Part shown: in pieces, positions 47,233-56,153 of the stretch | How positions within the stretch are numbered: position 1 is the stretch's first letter | Layout: the number at the start of each line of letters is the position of its first letter | From: Chitinophagales bacterium | GTDB taxonomy: Bacteria > Bacteroidota > Bacteroidia > Chitinophagales > CAVYQA01 | DNA: 64,000 bases | Direction: 5' to 3' | Assembly (NCBI GenBank): GCA_963770495.1 | Contig: CAVYQA010000005.1 | Coordinates: forward strand, 70,479-134,478 | Made by a program: the position numbers and the translations under genes | Notes under the pieces: model-generated | The model's input: the letters and a program-made list of their open reading frames with translations, nothing else | What the model was told of the DNA's origin: nothing | The model's database searches: none

Positions 47233-48300
47233 ATGCTTCAAATAATAAAAGGAACTGACCACCCCATATATTTTGGTGATATTTTCGACCAGATCAACAA
47301 CTTTCTAAAAGAAAAAGAGTTTTCATCTGTTTTTATTTTAACGGATAATAACGAAGCAAAACTCTGTTTACCGCTAGTTTTGAAAAAATGCACCTCATTA
47401 AAAGAAGCAACGACTATTAAGGTTCAGGCAGGAGAGGAGCATAAAAATTTAGAAACCTGCCAGCTTATCTGGAAGAAATTACTTGATAGTGGGGCAGACA
47501 GAAACTCTCTACTAATTACTATCGGCGGCGGTGTTATTTCTGACATGGGTGGCTTTTGCGCTGCAACCTTTAAACGGGGAATTTCATTTATATCTGTCCC
47601 TACAACGTTATTATCACAGGCAGATGCCTCTATCGGCGGCAAAACGGGCATTGATTTTTTAAGTTCTAAGAATCAAATTGGCGCTTTTAATAATCCACTG
47701 GCAATTTTTTCTTATCCCGGATTTATTAAAACATTGCCGAAAGAACAAATAAGAAGCGGCTTTTCGGAAATTCTTAAACAGGCAATTATAGGCGATGAAA
47801 ATTTCTTCGTACAGTTACAAGACATTGGCAATATCTATGCAATGGAATGGGATAAAATTATACCTATGGCTATCCGGCTTAAATTAAAGGTAGTTCTTGC
47901 AGACCCGTTTGAAAAAAATGTGCGCAAAATCCTAAACTTCGGGCACACTATCGGTCATGCCTTTGAATCCTATTTTCTTGAGCATCATCGTCCTATCACA
48001 CATGGCGAAGCAGTGGCGGCGGGCATGGTGGCTGAAACTTTTTTATCTGTAAATAAAAAATTATTGGATGCCGATTCTGCGAATAGAATATACGGGATAA
48101 TAAAAAAACACTTTTTAAAATTAGCTGTTTCGAAAAGAGATATTGAGCCAATTATGCATTTTGTTAAATCGGATAAGAAAAATGAGAAAAAGACAGTGAA
48201 AGCGGTATTGCTTGATGCAATTGGAAAGCCCCACATTAATGTGCCGCTAAATGAAATGGAACTTAAAGAGGGTTTACTTTTTTATATAAATAACTTTTAG
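47233..48300 (+). CDS. aroB: 3-dehydroquinate synthase
   Basis: GGGVISDMGGF, GGKTGI, and NFGHTIGHA. The start is set at ATG 47233, because the longer ORF opens from TTG. Confidence 0.88.
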   Translation: MLQIIKGTDHPIYFGDIFDQINNFLKEKEFSSVFILTDNNEAKLCLPLVLKKCTSLKEATTIKVQAGEEHKNLETCQLIWKKLLDSGADRNSLLITIGGGVISDMGGFCAATFKRGISFISVPTTLLSQADASIGGKTGIDFLSSKNQIGAFNNPLAIFSYPGFIKTLPKEQIRSGFSEILKQAIIGDENFFVQLQDIGNIYAMEWDKIIPMAIRLKLKVVLADPFEKNVRKILNFGHTIGHAFESYFLEHHRPITHGEAVAAGMVAETFLSVNKKLLDADSANRIYGIIKKHFLKLAVSKRDIEPIMHFVKSDKKNEKKTVKAVLLDAIGKPHINVPLNEMELKEGLLFYINNF

Positions 48301-48304
48301 TACA

Positions 48305-49519
48305 GTGTTTGTTTCGGTTATCAAAAATGATAAGACTCTTAAAGGCGCAATTACTTTACCCCCTTCAAAAAGTATAAGCAACCGTTTACTTATTATTAGG
48401 GCTATAAGCGGTAAGAATTTTGAGATAAAAAATATCTCTCACTCAACCGATACACAGGTTTTACAACATATCCTCCAATCACAAAATACAATTGCCGATG
48501 CAGGCGATGCAGGGACAGCTTATCGTTTTCTTGCGGCATATTTGTGTTTGACGGAAGGAGAAAAGATACTTACAGGCAGCGAACGAATGAAAAAACGCCC
48601 TGTCGGCGGTTTGGTTAATGCGCTTAAAGAAATAGGCGCCCATATTGAATTTACTGAGAATGAAAATTACCCTCCTTTGCTCATTAATGGCGGCACATTA
48701 AAGGGAGGAGAGATAAGTATGGATACCTCCATAAGCAGCCAGTTTATTTCAGCTTTATTGCTTATTGCACCAGCTTTAAAAGATGGACTTAAACTTCACT
48801 TATATGGCTCTAAAGTATCTGAGCCTTATGTAGATATGACACTTAAGCTTATGATTGAGTTTGGAATAAAATTTGAAAAAAGCTATAATACAATAGTTAT
48901 TGCTCCTCAGCAATACCAGGTAAAAGATATAGAAGTGGAAAGCGATTGGTCATCTGCGCCATTTTTTTACCAGATGGCTACCCTGGCTGATAATAACCTG
49001 CAATTGCATCTTAAAGGATTGAAGAAAACATCTATACAAGGCGATAAAATTATTGCCGACCTGATGTATTATTTCAGGGTAGAAACAAGCTATGAGGATG
49101 ATGGAATATTGCTCACAAAGGGTAAAGAGCATATACCCAAGCTGCGTTTTAATTTTTCATCCTATCCCGACCTGGTTCCGTCGTTACTGGTAACCTGCGC
49201 AGCGACAGGTGTCCAGGCAGAGGTGTGGGGAATTGATCATTTACGCATCAAAGAAACTGACCGCATAGCCGCATTGCAAAAGGAACTGGGTAAGACAGGA
49301 GTCAGGTTTTATGAACAGGAAGGGAATTTTATTTGCGAAGGGAAAATGCACTTTGCCGATTACTTAATAAACACTTACAACGACCACCGTATGGCAATGG
49401 CTTTTGCGCCTTTGGCATTATTGTTCGGAAAAATGGAAATTGAAAATGCCGATGTGGTTAAAAAGTCGTACCCCGCATTTTGGGATGACCTTCGCAGTTT
49501 AGGATTTGAGATTAAATAG
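48305..49519 (+). CDS. aroA: 3-phosphoshikimate 1-carboxyvinyltransferase
   Basis: LPPSKSISNRLLI, GDAGTAYRFL, and DHRMAMAF. The start is GTG. Confidence 0.9.
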   Translation: MFVSVIKNDKTLKGAITLPPSKSISNRLLIIRAISGKNFEIKNISHSTDTQVLQHILQSQNTIADAGDAGTAYRFLAAYLCLTEGEKILTGSERMKKRPVGGLVNALKEIGAHIEFTENENYPPLLINGGTLKGGEISMDTSISSQFISALLLIAPALKDGLKLHLYGSKVSEPYVDMTLKLMIEFGIKFEKSYNTIVIAPQQYQVKDIEVESDWSSAPFFYQMATLADNNLQLHLKGLKKTSIQGDKIIADLMYYFRVETSYEDDGILLTKGKEHIPKLRFNFSSYPDLVPSLLVTCAATGVQAEVWGIDHLRIKETDRIAALQKELGKTGVRFYEQEGNFICEGKMHFADYLINTYNDHRMAMAFAPLALLFGKMEIENADVVKKSYPAFWDDLRSLGFEIK

Positions 49520-50261
49520 TATTCTTAATAACCGCACAAATTATTCCAGTAGCCACAGCAGCATTTAGTGATTCTGCCTTTCCTGATTTTGGTATGGTGA
49601 TTTTATGAGTGGCAAATTTTAGCAGGTTCTCCGAAACACCTTTTGCTTCACTGCCGATAAGCAAAAACCCGCGGTTTATTTTTTGCATGGAAAAAACACT
49701 CTCGCCGTTTAACACGGCAACCAATACCGGAATTTTTAAATGCTCCGTAAATAGTTTTTCAAGATTGGTTTCAATAATTTTCACACGGGCAATAGAGCCC
49801 ATGCTGGCTTGCACAGTCTTGGCATTATAGGCATCAACACAATCATCTGAACAAAAAATATAAGGGATATTAAACCAATCGGCGATGCGGATAATGGTGC
49901 CCATATTGCCCGGGTCGTGAATGCCGTCTAAAGCAAGGCATAGTTCTTGCTTTATGGTAGTTTCGGAATAGGAATTTTGAGGAATGGAGCAAACAGCAAG
50001 CACCTCGTGAGGAGTAGTTAAAGAGGAAATTTTCTTTAATTCGGATTCGGATATTACCTCGCAGGGAATGGTTGCTTTACCAAGCAATTGTTGATGCGTG
50101 TAGAACCAGGATTCAAGACAATAGACTTCATGCACAAGCGATGAAGATGACAATAGTTCATCTATAGTCTTTGCACCTTCTGCTGTGAACAACTGTTGTT
50201 GCAGCCGTTGCTTTTTTATTTTTAGTGATGCTATGAATTTTATCTTTGCCTTTGAAAGCAT
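49512..50261 (-). CDS. TrmH/SpoU-family RNA 2'-O-methyltransferase
   Basis: The N-terminus KFIASLKIKKQRLQQQLFTAEGAK, with DPGNMGTIIR and ESLNAAVATGI SpoU motifs. Confidence 0.85.
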   Translation of the reverse strand: MLSKAKIKFIASLKIKKQRLQQQLFTAEGAKTIDELLSSSSLVHEVYCLESWFYTHQQLLGKATIPCEVISESELKKISSLTTPHEVLAVCSIPQNSYSETTIKQELCLALDGIHDPGNMGTIIRIADWFNIPYIFCSDDCVDAYNAKTVQASMGSIARVKIIETNLEKLFTEHLKIPVLVAVLNGESVFSMQKINRGFLLIGSEAKGVSENLLKFATHKITIPKSGKAESLNAAVATGIICAVIKNTI

Positions 50262-52657
50262 ATGCGGTTTTTCTCTACAATAATACTTATCTTTTGCGGA
50301 TTGCTGTGTGTTTTACTGTTTAGCAGGTGCAGCAACACTAAATACCTTACCGGCAATGATATATTATTGAAGAAGAATAAAATTAAAATATCTATACCGC
50401 CTTCCAGCCCTATAAAAGAAATTATTAGTCTTAGAAAAGATGCAGAAGCTGCAAGCCAATTAAACCAGGATTTATATAGCCTTTGTAAACAAAAACAAAA
50501 TACAAAAACACTTGACTTTTTTAAATTGAATTTATGGTTGTACAATAAAGGTAAATTTCATAGCGATAGCGCCCATTTTTTTGTAACCAGGTGGTGGGAT
50601 AGTTTTAGAACTTTTATAGGTAAACACTTAGGTGAAGAACCGGTGATTTATGATTCTACCCTTGCTTATTCTTCACTTCAATTGATGGAGAATTATCTTA
50701 ATAATAATGGCTACCTACATGCCAAAGTAAATTATTCCACAATAATTAAAAGAAAGCGCGCTAAGGTGACCTATACAATTAAAAAACCGGTAAGTTATAC
50801 AGAATAGATTCCGTACACTACCCGCAAAAGGGAAGCACCATAGGAGACCTGATTAACGGCTCTTTAAAGAATACGTTGCTACACCCGAAAATGCCTTATG
50901 ATGTGGATTTAATGAAGCAGGAAACCGATAGGATTACCGCCGACTTAAATAATAGCGGGTATTATCATTTTATTGATAGTTATATGTATTTCGAAGTGGA
51001 TACGATAACAAAGCCCGGTATAATGACAATCAGCCTTAAATTATTAAAGAAAACACCGGATAGCCTTGCTTACACACGATTTACTATCAATAATGTATAT
51101 GTTTATCCTGATACAGTTACAGGTGTTACCCCGGTTTCATTTCATGATACAGTGTCGCCTGAAGCGCATTTTTATATTATTAACGGTGACGGATTGCTTC
51201 ACCCGAAAGTATTTTTAAATGCCACCTCAATTTCTCCCGGAAAGTGGTATTCAAAATCTGAAAATGATTATACCATTGAACGATTAGCGGATTTAAACGT
51301 GTTTAAATTTATTACTATTCAATATAAAGAAACAGGGGATAACCAACTGGATTGTTATATATACCTTATCCCGGCGAAACGCGAAGCTGTCCAGGCTCAA
51401 TATGAAATAGATAATTATACCAATAACCCGATAGGTAACCAGGTTAGCTTATCTTATCTTGATAAAAATTTGTTCAGCGGGGCAGATCAGCTTAACTTGA
51501 TTGCAGAAGGCGGAATTCAATTGAACCCTGCTGATTCTACCCCCGGGTGGATAAATACAGTGGATTTTAATTCAACGCTGAACCTTACTTTTCCGAAATT
51601 TATCGGACCGAAATTTATTGATAAATTATTGCCTTTCCGCCCTAATATAAAAAGCATTATAACTGTTAACTATAACTATACACAACGGTTAAGTTATTTT
51701 ACTCTCCAGACTGCCTCTGTAAGTTTTGGCTGGGACTGGCACGAATCGAAATTCGTACATTTTATTATTAATCCCTTATCTATTAGTGGTCTTGATATTT
51801 ATAAAATTAGCAGCGCATTTCAAACCTTACTTGATGCAGACCCATTATTGGAAAAAAGTTATACACCTCAGCGTATTATTGGGGGTAATTATTCATTTAT
51901 CTGGACTAACCAGGTGGTGGAAGCTAACCAGAATAAATACTCTTATTTTCGTGCAACAATAGATGTCGCCGGTAATTCATTTGCTTTAGCTAATTATATA
52001 GGCAAGAATTTCTCTTATCCTTCCACTTCTTATTGGGCTTTTGAGCGGCCTTTTGCGCAGTTTGTTAAATTTGATTTGGAATACCGGCATTACTGGAAAG
52101 TGCTTCGTCGAAATTACGTTGTATTCCGGTTTGCTCCTGGTTATGGTATTGCGTATGGCAACACGCCCGGTGATTTGCCCTATACTGAACAATTTTATCT
52201 GGGCGGACCCAATAGCCTTAGGGGATGGCAAATACGCTCACTGGGACCCGGTTCTTATGTTATACCAACAACTGCCCCGTCAAGTGATCTGCTTTTCGCT
52301 GACCAAACAGCCGATATAAAACTGGAAGCCAACCTTGAATACCGCTTTGATATTTTCGGACCATTAAAAGGAGCGGTGTTCACGGATATAGGAAATATTT
52401 GGGATAGGATATTAGATCATGACAGACCGGGAGGAGCTTTTGAGATTAATGGAACTGACGCTTTTTACAAAGAAATTGCAAAGGACTATGGAGTTGGGCT
52501 TCGATATGATTTTGGTTACTTTGTAATAAGACTTGACCTGGGAATACCGGAATATAATCCGGCTACTCAAAAATGGTTAACCACATTCAGGCCATTTTAC
52601 GGTCCATGGTTTAGTCAATATGCAGTGCTTAATCTTGCCATTGGTTACCCGTTCTAA
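50262..52657 (+). pseudogene. BamA/TamA (Omp85)-family outer-membrane protein, split by a frameshift at an A6 run
   Basis: ORF 50262-50807 carries a lipoprotein-type signal plus a POTRA-like N-terminus. ORF 50876-52657 carries the Omp85 barrel and ends in an aromatic residue. The second frame is open from 50783 and reads KTGKLYRIDSVHYPQKG, so the two frames join at AAAAAA 50781-50786. Confidence 0.75.
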
Positions 52658-52669
52658 TTTTTATAATAG

Positions 52670-52797
52670 CCTCACCCCTAACCCCTCTCCACCAAAAAGT
52701 GGAGAGGGGGACACGATTTGTCTGAAAATATCGGATGGTATAAAAATAAGATAATCATATGCCCTTCTCCTATATAAGAGAAGGGTTAGGGATGAGG
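52670..52797. repeat. MITE-like inverted pair of G-rich hairpin repeats (family B)
   Basis: The left end is CCTCACCCCTAA plus hairpin CCCCTCTCCAC-CAAAAA-GTGGAGAGGGG (52682-52709). The right end is hairpin CCCTTCTC...GAGAAGGG (52762-52785) plus TTAGGGATGAGG. The ends are mutual reverse complements at about 18/21. Confidence 0.6.
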
Positions 52798-53061
52798 CAA
52801 AAAAACGGAGAGTGTGAAAATTATGTCTATAAACTTTCTGTCCCAACTTTCCACAACATCTTTATTTCTATTATAATTTTGTAGCAGGTGTTTATGAAAT
52901 AGTTATTTTTTTGTAATGCAACTAATATATCAATGCAAATGTTTAACTGTATAGTTTGTTGGATTACGTGGTGGATAATAAATTTAATAATCATCCGTTA
53001 AATGACTAACTTTACACCATTGAAATTCTATTTAGTTAAGAGCGTACCTTAATAATTAATC

Positions 53062-54129
53062 TTGAAAAAAATCATTTTTAATAACCAGAACAGTCCTTTT
53101 TATGAATCTGTTAAAGCCGATGTACAGACATATTTTAAAGAAAAACTAAAGCCTTCCACGGGTGATTTCCGGCTTTACAGTAAAACAATAATCCTGCTTC
53201 TTAGTTTTGTTGGCATATATACGTGGCTTATTTTTTTCACCCCAGGTATATTTATTGCTATCGGGCTTTGTATCGCTTTTGGCTTAATCGAATCTTCCAT
53301 CGGCTTTAATATCATGCACGATGCCTGCCACGGCAGTTATTCAAAGAGAAAGTGGGTAAATGAGCTATTTGGTTATTCTATGAATATGCTTGGCTCTGAC
53401 GCTTTCATCTGGAAAATAAAGCATAATATCATCCACCATACTTATACTAATATTGATGGGGTGGACGATGATATTGCAAAAGCGCCCTTTATCCGCCATT
53501 GCGAAACGCAGCCCAAATATAAGCTGCATAAATTTCAACATATCTACCTGTTGCCAATGTACGCATTGGCAACAGTTACGTGGGTTTTTATTTCCGATTT
53601 CAGGAAATATTTTACGCATAAGATATATACCACGGAAATGCGCCGCATGGATGTTAAAGAGCATTTTATTTTCTGGCTCACAAAGGCATTTTACGTACTT
53701 GTTTACATGCTTATACCTGTTTTAATGGTGGGATGGGTAAAATTTTTGATTGGCTTTTTTATTTATCATGCCGCAATGGGAATATCGCTCACCATAGTTT
53801 TTCAATTAGCTCATGCTGTTGATAAAGCTGAATTTGTGAATGGCAAACAAGAAGGCACCTTAAAGATTGAAGAAGAATGGGCTGCGCACCAGGTTAAAAC
53901 CACGGCAAATTTTGCGATGAATAACCGTATTGTTTCATGGTTTGTCGGCGGTTTAAATTTCCAGATTGAGCATCACCTGTTCCCGCGTATCAGTCATATC
54001 CATTACCCTGCTATCAGTAAAATAGTGAAGCGGAATTGCGAGAAGTTCGGCTTACCCTATAATTATCACCGCACGATGATTTCAGCCATTATTTCCCACT
54101 TCCGCTGGATGAAACAGCTTGGGCAATAG
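53062..54129 (+). CDS. Membrane fatty-acid desaturase
   Basis: Three His boxes: HDACHGS, HNIIHH and QIEHHLFP. The ORF opens only from TTG. Confidence 0.85.
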   Translation: MKKIIFNNQNSPFYESVKADVQTYFKEKLKPSTGDFRLYSKTIILLLSFVGIYTWLIFFTPGIFIAIGLCIAFGLIESSIGFNIMHDACHGSYSKRKWVNELFGYSMNMLGSDAFIWKIKHNIIHHTYTNIDGVDDDIAKAPFIRHCETQPKYKLHKFQHIYLLPMYALATVTWVFISDFRKYFTHKIYTTEMRRMDVKEHFIFWLTKAFYVLVYMLIPVLMVGWVKFLIGFFIYHAAMGISLTIVFQLAHAVDKAEFVNGKQEGTLKIEEEWAAHQVKTTANFAMNNRIVSWFVGGLNFQIEHHLFPRISHIHYPAISKIVKRNCEKFGLPYNYHRTMISAIISHFRWMKQLGQ

Positions 54130-54135
54130 CATAAT

Positions 54136-54227
54136 TGTCAAGGATGGCATCTGTAAAATGCTTTGAAAATCAATAACTTAAAACTGTCAAGATTTATTAG
54201 TGTCAAGGATAATATTGAAGATGCCAC
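54136..54227. repeat. Triple TGTCAAG(G)AT motif plus a flanking inverted repeat
   Basis: TGTCAAGGAT at 54136-54145 and 54201-54210, and TGTCAAGAT at 54185-54193. GATGGCATC (54143-54151) is partly complementary to GATGCCA (54220-54226). Confidence 0.45.
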
Positions 54228-54229
54228 AA

Positions 54230-54547
54230 TTAATTTAATTCACCGCCGGTTTCGCCTTTATCCTTGTACTTTAATCGTGTTTGTGCTTTTTGCAGTTGCC
54301 GTTGAATAATAAGGTCGGCAAGCGTTTCAGCCGGACGGAGATTCTGTTTATCGGATAGAATAGTTGCAGAAGATTTTTCATCTACATCAATCCGGTATAA
54401 AATCCACAATAATTTCTCAAAGTCATGATTGATAAGATAAGTTAATCGCCGAATCAATTCCTCCCTGAACAATTTAAAATCACTTGTGGCTTCCAGGTCA
54501 AAATTTCCAGCTAATAGCTCCAATGAAGTTTTATCTAAACTGTCCAC
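54230..54547 (-). CDS. Hypothetical protein
   Basis: 105-aa ORF 9 nt downstream of the TIGR02757-like gene. I recognise no motif. Confidence 0.45.
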   Translation of the reverse strand: MDSLDKTSLELLAGNFDLEATSDFKLFREELIRRLTYLINHDFEKLLWILYRIDVDEKSSATILSDKQNLRPAETLADLIIQRQLQKAQTRLKYKDKGETGGELN

Positions 54548-54556
54548 CTGTTAAAT

Positions 54557-55333
54557 TTATGAGAATTTTTCAATCACACCAAGCCCGAACAGGGCAAAAT
54601 CATATTTCACAGGGTCATTAGCATCAAACTCTTTTAAGTGTTGTGTCAATTCGATAGCTGTTTGCCAGTCGTTTTGCTTGCGCTTTATAAGTCCCAGTTT
54701 CCTTGCCACACGGTCCACATGTAAATCAATAGGGCAAACCAACTGTGATGGCATAATAGTGTGCCAAATGCCAAAATCAACACCATTATTATCCTGCCGC
54801 ACCATCCAACGCAGAAACATATTCATCCGCTTGCAGGTTGATTTTCGCAATGGCGTTGGGATATGTTTCTGGGTACGCTTAGGTGCATTTTCCAATGAAA
54901 AGAATAGATTATGAAAATGGATTAACGCCTTTTCACTGTCTGTATCCTTTTTAGAAAGCCCTTTTGCAAACGCACCTTCCAGCGAATCATTTTGCGAATA
55001 ATAATCTTTTAAAAAGTATATAAAATATAAAAGGTCGGTTGTATTAAATGTGCGATGCTTAAAATGTAGTAACCGTTTCAAATCGTTCTCTTTATGATTA
55101 ACTATAAAATCATAGGGATTATTATTCATTAAAGCCATCAGTTCATTGCATTTATTTATTATGGTAGTGCGATTACCCCATGCCAGCACGGCGGCAAATA
55201 AAGAAGCTATCTCAATGTCCTGTTTTTTAGTGAATTGCCGGGGTATAGAAATAGGGTCATTTACAATAAAAGCGGGTTGATTGTATACTGTAACTTTTGA
55301 ATCGAGAAAACGTTTTAAATCTTTAGTGTTCAT
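54557..55333 (-). CDS. TIGR02757 (DUF2400)-family protein
   Basis: The N-terminus LKRFLDSKVTVYNQPAFIVNDPISIPRQFTKKQDIEIASLFAAVLAWGNRTTII matches my recollection of this family. Its function is unknown. Confidence 0.65.
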   Translation of the reverse strand: MNTKDLKRFLDSKVTVYNQPAFIVNDPISIPRQFTKKQDIEIASLFAAVLAWGNRTTIINKCNELMALMNNNPYDFIVNHKENDLKRLLHFKHRTFNTTDLLYFIYFLKDYYSQNDSLEGAFAKGLSKKDTDSEKALIHFHNLFFSLENAPKRTQKHIPTPLRKSTCKRMNMFLRWMVRQDNNGVDFGIWHTIMPSQLVCPIDLHVDRVARKLGLIKRKQNDWQTAIELTQHLKEFDANDPVKYDFALFGLGVIEKFS

Positions 55334-55456
55334 TTGAATGCAATGGAGGTAAAATTATATCGTTTTAATATGCTCAATTTAATTCTTTTCTTTTTAATTT
55401 TGAAAACTATAAAATTTGGCGCGATTATAGCGCTTATAAAAATATAAGAAACTTGT

Positions 55457-55948
55457 ATGGCAACAAGTATTTCAAAGCGAACGCAGGACTTTTCAATTGA
55501 GGTTATAACCTATGCCCCCTTTTCTTCACGGGTAATTGCACGTGTTATTGATTTAGCTGTTATTGGCATTATATGGTTTGCGTTTACACAGCTTATAATA
55601 CTTGAGTTAAAACATCTTCATTCATCGCAATATCTTATGAATAATTTTATAACGGGTATTGAAGGCGGAGTAGTGATATTCTACTGTTTTTTTTATATGC
55701 CTATAATGGAGTTTTTTGGCGGAACTGTAGGCAAGCGTGTTATGGGTATTCATTTGTTGGATGCCGTGACCCTTCAGCCGCCTGATTTTATGAATTGCTT
55801 TGGCAGAGGATTAGTTTACCTGGTGTTTTGTGCTATGATTGGCATACCTGCTGTTCTTAGTTGCATGGCTGTATTGTATTCTGCAAAAAAACAAACCTGG
55901 CACGATTTGGTTTCTAATGTTGTAGCCGTTAAAAAAATCAAACTCTGA
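55457..55948 (+). CDS. RDD-family membrane protein
   Basis: RVIARVIDLAVI and GKRVMGIHL, with a 3-TM layout. Confidence 0.65.
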   Translation: MATSISKRTQDFSIEVITYAPFSSRVIARVIDLAVIGIIWFAFTQLIILELKHLHSSQYLMNNFITGIEGGVVIFYCFFYMPIMEFFGGTVGKRVMGIHLLDAVTLQPPDFMNCFGRGLVYLVFCAMIGIPAVLSCMAVLYSAKKQTWHDLVSNVVAVKKIKL

Positions 55949-55953
55949 AATTG

Positions 55954-56027
55954 TCGGGGAGGCAGGACTCGAACCTGCGACCACCAGCACCCCATGCTGG
56001 TACGCTAGCCAACTGCGCTACACCCCG
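55954..56027 (-). tRNA. tRNA-Pro (anticodon GGG)
   Basis: The reverse complement folds as a cloverleaf: acceptor CGGGGTG/CTCCCCG, D arm GCGC-AGTTGGCTA-GCGT, anticodon stem CCAGC/GCTGG with loop AT-GGG-GT, and T arm GCAGG-TTCGAGT-CCTGC. CCA is not encoded. Confidence 0.9.
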
Positions 56028-56153
56028 AATTAAATTTCAATAAGAAAGTGCAAAATTAAGATTATGTTCATTCAAATCAAATTCCAAACAAAATATCTCG
56101 TATTTTACGTTTATTTGTTGCAATAATCATAAAATTCCAACGTAGTTTCACTA

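Noticed and set aside
8481-52797. Whether the recurring hairpin repeats (8481, 9906, 17108, 52682, 52762) could be a degenerate CRISPR array.
   Set aside because: The copies are kilobases apart, in both orientations and variable in sequence. They are not separated by uniform spacers, and no cas genes are present.
53062-53064. A cluster of non-ATG starts as a possible signal of unusual translation initiation: TTG at 53062, and GTG at 8640, 22072, 48305 and 60983.
   Set aside because: Five of about 65 genes is within the normal bacterial range. Each has no in-frame ATG alternative, so nothing suggests a special mechanism.
55954-56027. tRNA-Pro as a possible integration hotspot or genomic-island border; it also has an apparent U6-U67 mismatch in the acceptor stem.
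   Set aside because: Both flanks are ordinary conserved genes (an RDD protein and a BatA-like protein). There is no integrase, no direct repeat of the tRNA 3' end and no compositional shift. A single acceptor mismatch is tolerable and may reflect my hand fold.
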